Of a stretch of 64,000 nt of DNA, positions 59,443 to 64,000 are shown piece after piece; positions within the stretch are counted from its first letter, which is position 1, and each line of letters begins with the position of its first letter. The position numbers and the translations under genes are program-made. The notes under the pieces are model-generated. The model saw nothing but the letters and a program-made list of their open reading frames with translations. It was not told the DNA's origin and ran no database searches. Origin of the DNA: Eubacteriales bacterium (GTDB taxonomy: Bacteria > Bacillota > Clostridia > Oscillospirales > CAG-272); the NCBI GenBank assembly GCA_045658925.1, contig JAZOVV010000039.1, forward strand, positions 2,621-66,620, given 5' to 3'.

Positions 59443-59455
59443 TTTTGTTTTAAAA

Positions 59456-59497
59456 CACAAAGGGCTGACTCAAAACGAGTCAGCCCTTTGTGTTTTT
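59456..59497. terminator. Bidirectional terminator between polC and mecA
   Basis: cacaaagggctgactc-N5-gagtcagccctttgtg perfect 16-bp stem plus T5. Confidence 0.9.
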
Positions 59498-60110
59498 ATG
59501 CTATCGTACCAAGTGTGCCAATAGCATCCTCGGCGCAAACGACCGCTCCGTGCTCGGATAGATAAAGCCGCAGTTGAGCGGCATTTTCGAGACGTCCGTA
59601 CTCCACAACAAAGTAGAGCTCCTCGGGGGTTGCAAAGGGAGAGGCGGCAAAGGTGTTCAAAATCAAATAATATCTTCCTGCGTCGTCTCGCCAAGCGCTG
59701 CTTGCGGTTATGTAGTCCATTGGCAGAAGCCTGCGGCAAACAGAGAGCAACTCCTCAAGCCCTTCAAAGCGGTAGGCGAACGAACGGCAAAAGCTTCCGC
59801 GCGTGCGCGCTGTGGGTTGTATTCCTTGTGCGGGGGTCAAAGCGCAGGTCATGCTCTCTCTTTCGGGGGAAAGATTGCTGATGAACATCTCACAACCGCC
59901 CTCGCGTGAGGGGAAGTATTGAACCGAGATGCGATGGTCGTCAGCTTCAAATCCACTTTGACGTCTTACCTCGTCAAGAAGCAGACGGAATGAGCGGTGC
60001 ATCTTTTCGCTGTCATCATAAAAATTGTCGGCACAAAGTTCAAATTGGCGCATATCCATAGGAGTCAACATAACCTTTAGCTTGCTGTCACTGATGCGTA
60101 TCAGTTCCAC
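59496..60110 (-). CDS. mecA: Adaptor protein MecA
   Basis: GTG start with a GGAG SD. (M)ELIRISDSKLKVMLTPMDM N-terminus typical of MecA. 204 aa. Confidence 0.85.
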   Translation of the reverse strand: MELIRISDSKLKVMLTPMDMRQFELCADNFYDDSEKMHRSFRLLLDEVRRQSGFEADDHRISVQYFPSREGGCEMFISNLSPERESMTCALTPAQGIQPTARTRGSFCRSFAYRFEGLEELLSVCRRLLPMDYITASSAWRDDAGRYYLILNTFAASPFATPEELYFVVEYGRLENAAQLRLYLSEHGAVVCAEDAIGTLGTIA

Positions 60111-60203
60111 GCAAAATCACTCCTTTCGGCAAAAGTATTTTTCGTTACTATCATTATAATCCCAAAAGGGCAAAAAGGGAACCCCTAAAAATATGGTAAT
60201 TTG

Positions 60204-60232
60204 TTGACAGACCGCACCGAATGTGATAAAAT
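60204..60232 (+). promoter_or_regulatory. sigmaA-type promoter of nnr
   Basis: TTGACA-17 nt-TAAAAT with a TGa extended -10. Confidence 0.6.
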
Positions 60233-60261
60233 ATATAAAAAGGAAGGAAAGGAGAGCACAA

Positions 60262-61773
60262 ATGCTACCGATTGTTACCCAAAGAACCATGCAAAAAAGT
60301 GATGCCGCCACCATTGCGAGCGGTACATCAGGACGCGAACTGATGCTGCGCGCGGCTAAAGGAATACTCGATAGCTACTCTTGGAGTGGCAAAACGCTGA
60401 TTGTTTGCGGTAGCGGCAACAACGCAGGCGACGGCTATGCACTTGCAACGTTAATGAATGAAGCCAATCTTACGTGCGAGCTTCTCCTTCTCTCTAACCG
60501 CTTCTCCGAGGATGGACAATATTATTTTGATATTTGTAAAGAGAAGGGCATTCTCCATACCGCTTGGAACGTCTCTTTTGATTTTTCTGCCTACACACAA
60601 ATCGTCGATTGTATTTTCGGCATCGGTTTTCGCGGGCCGCTCGGTGGTGATGCCGCATCCCTCATCGAAGCAATGAACAAAAGCGGCAAGCCCATTATCA
60701 GTGCCGATATCAATAGCGGTCTCGGTGCAGATAACGGATTGGGCACACTTTGCGTTCATTCCAATCTGACTGTTGCCATCCAAAGTTATAAACCCGGTCA
60801 CTTTTTGGCACGCGCCAAAGACGTTATCGAAAAGCACGCTTGCATTGACATTGGCATAGCGACGCCCAATGAAAGTATCTATCTTTTGGAAGAGAACGAC
60901 GTTGCCAACCTCTTTGCGCCGCGCAAGAATTACGCTCATAAGGGAAGTTATGGTTACGTTGCCGTTATGGGCGGAAGTGTGGAGTATGCGGGAGCCGCCA
61001 AACTAGCCAATATGAGCGCGGTAGCATTGCGTGCAGGATGCGGTGTGGTCACCCTTGCAATTCCCGAATCGATTGCGCAAGCCGTAGCGCCGTATCTGCT
61101 TGAGAGCACACTTTTGCCGATTCCCGCGGATGAATGTGGCAAAATGACTTTTGCTCCCCAAATCCTTGACGGCATTCTTGCGCGTTACGCGGCGATAGCT
61201 ATTGGAATGGGATGGGGAAGATCAGAGTCTTATAAAGAGATTCTTTCGTATCTTCTCAAAAATGCGCATCAGCCTCTCATTATCGATGCAGATGGTTTGA
61301 ATACGCTTTCCCAAATGGATTTAACCTTGCTCAAGAATGCAAAGGTTCCTATCATCCTAACACCGCACCTAATGGAGTTCTCGCGCCTTTCGGGGCTTTC
61401 AATATCCGAGATTGAAGAGAACCCCATCGCTCACGCAAAAGCATTTGCCAAGGAATACGGCGTGATTCTGCTCCTTAAGGGATGCACTACCGTTGTTACC
61501 GACGGTAACGCGGTCTACTTATCCAATCGCGGAAGCGCAGGAATGGCAACCGCGGGCAGCGGTGACGTTTTGGCAGGCGTTTTGGCAGGACTGTGCGGCT
61601 ATCTTGAAGCGAATGCACTGACGGTTGCTTCGGGAGCGTATCTTGTGGGAATGGCAGGCGAGCTTTCGGCACAAAAGCAGGGAACGGTTTGCATGGTCGC
61701 GTCGGACACCGTCCACGAGGTTGCAAATGCTATGGGTATTTTGACAAATTCCCATAAATATCTAAAAAAATAA
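60262..61773 (+). CDS. nnr: Bifunctional NAD(P)H-hydrate epimerase / ADP-dependent dehydratase
   Basis: Start at ATG 60262 after an AAAGGAGAG SD. YjeF_N region (CGSGNNAGDGY) and the C-terminal carbohydrate-kinase region (KGSYGYVAVMGG ... GSGDVLAG). Confidence 0.9.
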   Translation: MLPIVTQRTMQKSDAATIASGTSGRELMLRAAKGILDSYSWSGKTLIVCGSGNNAGDGYALATLMNEANLTCELLLLSNRFSEDGQYYFDICKEKGILHTAWNVSFDFSAYTQIVDCIFGIGFRGPLGGDAASLIEAMNKSGKPIISADINSGLGADNGLGTLCVHSNLTVAIQSYKPGHFLARAKDVIEKHACIDIGIATPNESIYLLEENDVANLFAPRKNYAHKGSYGYVAVMGGSVEYAGAAKLANMSAVALRAGCGVVTLAIPESIAQAVAPYLLESTLLPIPADECGKMTFAPQILDGILARYAAIAIGMGWGRSESYKEILSYLLKNAHQPLIIDADGLNTLSQMDLTLLKNAKVPIILTPHLMEFSRLSGLSISEIEENPIAHAKAFAKEYGVILLLKGCTTVVTDGNAVYLSNRGSAGMATAGSGDVLAGVLAGLCGYLEANALTVASGAYLVGMAGELSAQKQGTVCMVASDTVHEVANAMGILTNSHKYLKK

Positions 61774-61793
61774 CATAAAAATAAAAAAAACTA

Positions 61794-61822
61794 TTGCAAT
61801 TTCAAAAGAATTATGCTATAAT
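61794..61822 (+). promoter_or_regulatory. sigmaA-type promoter of secG
   Basis: TTGCAA-17 nt-TATAAT with a TGc extended -10. Confidence 0.6.
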
Positions 61823-61884
61823 ATGAAAAGTGATTATTGTCCCATATCAAAGTGGGCTTGAAATGTTTTTGGAGGTATAAAATT

Positions 61885-62121
61885 ATGGAACTCGTTTTGG
61901 GTATTGCGCTGATCGTGCTGTCTATAGCATTGACGGTTATGGTTCTTTTCCAATCCGCAAAGGATACTCGTCTCTCCGGTACCATTGCCGGCGGCGCTGA
62001 GACCTTCTTTGGAAAGAGCAAGGGTTCGTCTCTGGATAAGTTGCTTTCTAAATTGACGATTGTTGTTTCCGTTTTGGTAGTTATTCTTACCGTAGCACTT
62101 GTTATCGTTACCAACAACTGA
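61885..62121 (+). CDS. secG: Preprotein translocase subunit SecG
   Basis: Start at ATG 61885 after a GGAGG SD. 78 aa with two TM helices and a central LFQSAKDTRLSGTIAGGAETFFG loop. Confidence 0.85.
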   Translation: MELVLGIALIVLSIALTVMVLFQSAKDTRLSGTIAGGAETFFGKSKGSSLDKLLSKLTIVVSVLVVILTVALVIVTNN

Positions 62122-62134
62122 TTTGTTAGCAAAT

Positions 62135-62160
62135 AAAAAAGCCGCAAACGCGGCTTTTTT
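62135..62160 (+). terminator. Terminator 1 after secG
   Basis: aaaaaagccgc-aaac-gcggctttttt hairpin. Confidence 0.85.
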
Positions 62161-62165
62161 ATTTG

Positions 62166-62213
62166 TATAATATAACAAAAAAGCCGCAAGCGCGGCTTTT
62201 TTGTTATATTATA
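62166..62213. terminator. Terminator 2: 22-bp perfect palindrome, bidirectional
   Basis: tataatataacaaaaaagccgc-aagc-gcggcttttttgttatattata. The right arm includes the stop codon of the convergent YegP-like gene. Confidence 0.8.
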
Positions 62214-63432
62214 CCTCAAGCTCGATAGAAGCCGAAACAATAAACTTCTTTACAGACTCAATGATCTTTTCGCATTGAGGCTTGTTGTCGTAAGACTCGC
62301 CGATGAAAGCAGGGGCAGAGCCAATGTTCTTCAAGACATAGCGGTAGTTGCCGAACTTGTCGCGGTCAACAAAGAAGTTACCAACGTAAGCGGCACGTTT
62401 GAAGGATTCGATACCCTTGCGGCAAGCGGATTCGTTTGCATAGAGGCGGCTGGAGTAGAGGATTTGACCGTTGTTTGCAAGCAGATAGAATGCGTATTGG
62501 TCATTTTCCTTGCAAATTTCAAACTTACCCATCTTGGGTGTTTTTTCTTCAAGCTTTTCAACAGCTTTCCAGTCGATTTCGTCGGGTGTTCTCTTGGTAG
62601 CCTTTGCAGCCTCAAAGGTAGCAAGAGCTTCCTTGGTGGGGGTGTAGCGAATGATGCGCGCATTGTTTGCAAAGTTCTTTACAGACTCGGCACACTTTTG
62701 ACATCTATCCTTGCTGTCGTAGTTTTCGCCGTAGTATTTACGAGCCAAAACAAAGCGGTAGCGGTTGTACTTGTCGACGCGAATGTCAAATTCGCCTTCT
62801 GCAACCGTCTTCTTAAAGGTTTCAATGCCCTTAAGCGCGCCAACCAACGTGGTGAAGCTGGGGCTATCGAAAAGAACCTGACCGTTGTTTGCAATGAGGT
62901 AGAAGTGGAAACCGTCAACCTCAAGTTCGAACTCATACTTACCAACAGCTTTTGCACCGTTTTTCAAAATTTGAGCATCCGCTTCGGCAATCGCTTGGTC
63001 AAACGCCAAACGCACGTCCTCATCTGTTTTCATAAAGAAAGGACGGGGAACGATGGTAACGCCCTCAGGAACCTTAGACATAGGAACCGTTTTGCCAACA
63101 CTTGCAGTGGCCTTGGTAGCGGGTGCCTTTGCGGCAGAAGCTTTTGCAGCCGGAGCTTTTGCAGCCGGAGCTTTTGTAGCGGGTGCCTTTGCAGCAGGAG
63201 CTTTTGCAGGTGCCTTAGCGGGAGTAGCCTTTGCGGCGGGCTTTGCAGCTACTTTGGTAGCAGAGGGAGCAGCTTTTGCGGCAGGTTTCTCTGCAGGAGT
63301 TGCTTTAGCGGGAGCAGCTTTAGCGGTGGGAACCTTTACGTTATGTATGGACGGTCCTTTCTTTTCGGCGGCAGGAGCTTTAGCCGTTTCTTTTTTGACT
63401 TCTTCGGTTTTTTTCTTGTTGAACAATCCCAT
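62209..63432 (-). CDS. Lys/Ala/Pro-rich (histone H1-like) N-terminal region fused to four YegP/DUF1508 repeats
   Basis: 407 aa. Residues ~16-110 are KAPAA/KATPA-type low complexity. Four repeats follow, fitting the G-x-F/Y-E...F-x-L-x-A-x-N-G-x-x-I/L...C-x-x-G/A-I/A-E-S pattern (for example GKFEICKENDQYAFYLLANNGQILYSSRLYANESACRKGIESFKRAA). Confidence 0.8.
   Translation of the reverse strand: MGLFNKKKTEEVKKETAKAPAAEKKGPSIHNVKVPTAKAAPAKATPAEKPAAKAAPSATKVAAKPAAKATPAKAPAKAPAAKAPATKAPAAKAPAAKASAAKAPATKATASVGKTVPMSKVPEGVTIVPRPFFMKTDEDVRLAFDQAIAEADAQILKNGAKAVGKYEFELEVDGFHFYLIANNGQVLFDSPSFTTLVGALKGIETFKKTVAEGEFDIRVDKYNRYRFVLARKYYGENYDSKDRCQKCAESVKNFANNARIIRYTPTKEALATFEAAKATKRTPDEIDWKAVEKLEEKTPKMGKFEICKENDQYAFYLLANNGQILYSSRLYANESACRKGIESFKRAAYVGNFFVDRDKFGNYRYVLKNIGSAPAFIGESYDNKPQCEKIIESVKKFIVSASIELEV
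63103..63387 (-). repeat. Coding low-complexity / ~15-bp periodic repeat (KAPAA units)
   Basis: The + strand shows gcagccggagctttt / gtagcgggtgccttt / gcagcaggagctttt-type units. These encode AKAPAAKAPATKAPAAKAPAAKASAAKAPATKA. Confidence 0.85.
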
Positions 63433-63470
63433 AATAGACCTCCATTAGTAGTTAAAAATATTCTATCTTA

Positions 63471-63499
63471 ATTGTATCACAGTTTTTTTGCATTGTCAA
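63471..63499 (-). promoter_or_regulatory. sigmaA-type promoter of the KAPA-YegP gene
   Basis: Minus strand reads TTGACA-17 nt-TACAAT with a TGa extended -10. Confidence 0.65.
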
Positions 63500-63558
63500 C
63501 AAATTTTGTCTTATTTTCTCAAATTCTCAAAAAAGTTTTAAAAACTTTTTAAAACGTC

Positions 63559-63587
63559 TTGCAACAAGGCACTTTTTATGGTACAAT
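63559..63587 (+). promoter_or_regulatory. sigmaA-type promoter of the D-Ala-D-Ala carboxypeptidase gene
   Basis: TTGCAA-17 nt-TACAAT with a TGg extended -10. Confidence 0.6.
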
Positions 63588-63623
63588 TTTAGTAGTGAAA
63601 AAATAGAGAAGGGAGCAGAATGC

Positions 63624-64000
63624 GTGAACGAAACCAAGACCCCCAAAAAGAAGTTTGATGGCGAAGCGATTATGGCGATTTTTTTGCTCTGTCTCTCCGT
63701 TTTTTTGATGTTTACCGTTGGTATATTGATTTTTCGCTCTTGCGCGAGCAATCAAGAACCCCGTCCGCAGGTTACAACACCGCAAAGTGTAATCACACCG
63801 CCTCCCACACCTCAAAATTCTGTTGTTTTTTCCTCGGGAACGGTTATTCCTTATGCTGTGGCAGATGCCAACACCAAAACCGTTGCGGATGAAATCGATT
63901 CTTATTATGCAATTTTGATCGACTTGCAATTAGGCAAAATAGTAGCACAAAAAAATGCAGACCTCGTTTTCTCTCCCGCGTCAATGACAAAGGTAATGAC
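63624..64000 (+). CDS. D-alanyl-D-alanine carboxypeptidase (S11, PBP5-type), 5' part; runs off the window
   Basis: Not in the ORF track. GTG 63624 lies 8 nt after a GGGAG SD. I translated VNETKTPKKKFDGEAIMAIFLLCLSVFLMFTVGILIF...IDSYYAILIDLQLGKIVAQKNADLVFSPASMTKVM, with a TM anchor and the SxxK active-site motif (SMTK). The frame stays open to the window end. Confidence 0.75.
   Translation, partial: MNETKTPKKKFDGEAIMAIFLLCLSVFLMFTVGILIFRSCASNQEPRPQVTTPQSVITPPPTPQNSVVFSSGTVIPYAVADANTKTVADEIDSYYAILIDLQLGKIVAQKNADLVFSPASMTKVM

Overview
This 64-kb window looks like chromosome from an endospore-forming, Clostridia-class Firmicute. The supporting genes are gpr, spoIIP, spoIVA, spoIIID, a SleC-type cortex lytic enzyme, PolC, a CIRCE/HrcA operator and a T-box leader. 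G+C is moderate by eye. I can support about 59 protein-coding genes. Most sit in conserved housekeeping blocks: pheS-pheT behind a T-box leader, eno, an MBL-hydrolase-gltX-glnS block, hrcA-grpE-dnaK-dnaJ-prmA behind a perfect CIRCE operator, and pyrH-frr-uppS-cdsA-dxr-rseP-ispG-polC, followed by mecA, nnr and secG. I saw no rRNA or tRNA genes, CRISPR arrays, transposases, integrases or reverse transcriptases. Many long ORFs in the track are antisense shadows of real genes, and several real genes start at internal SD-preceded codons downstream of the track start. The observations most worth follow-up are: (1) a ~190-bp structured intergenic element in two inverted copies (23100-23290 and 45742-45928, the second inside the dnaK-dnaJ spacer), with conserved stems, divergent loops and a compensatory indel pair; (2) a SleC-type germination lytic enzyme encoded as separate pro-domain and catalytic genes, plus a third gene made only of PG-binding repeats; (3) a cI/LexA-like autocleavable repressor apparently co-operonic with a RadC/JAB protein; (4) a fusion of a histone-H1-like KAPA-repeat region to four YegP/DUF1508 repeats; (5) a minimal locus of cytoplasmic sialidase-like protein, NanA-like lyase, AraC regulator and SGNH esterase; (6) a low-GC methyltransferase islet next to an orphan promoter-plus-hairpin sRNA candidate; (7) a bipartite motif shared upstream of spoIVA, spoIIID and an M14 peptidase gene, likely a mother-cell sigma promoter. 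All homology calls come from reading the translations and recalling family motifs. No database search was run.
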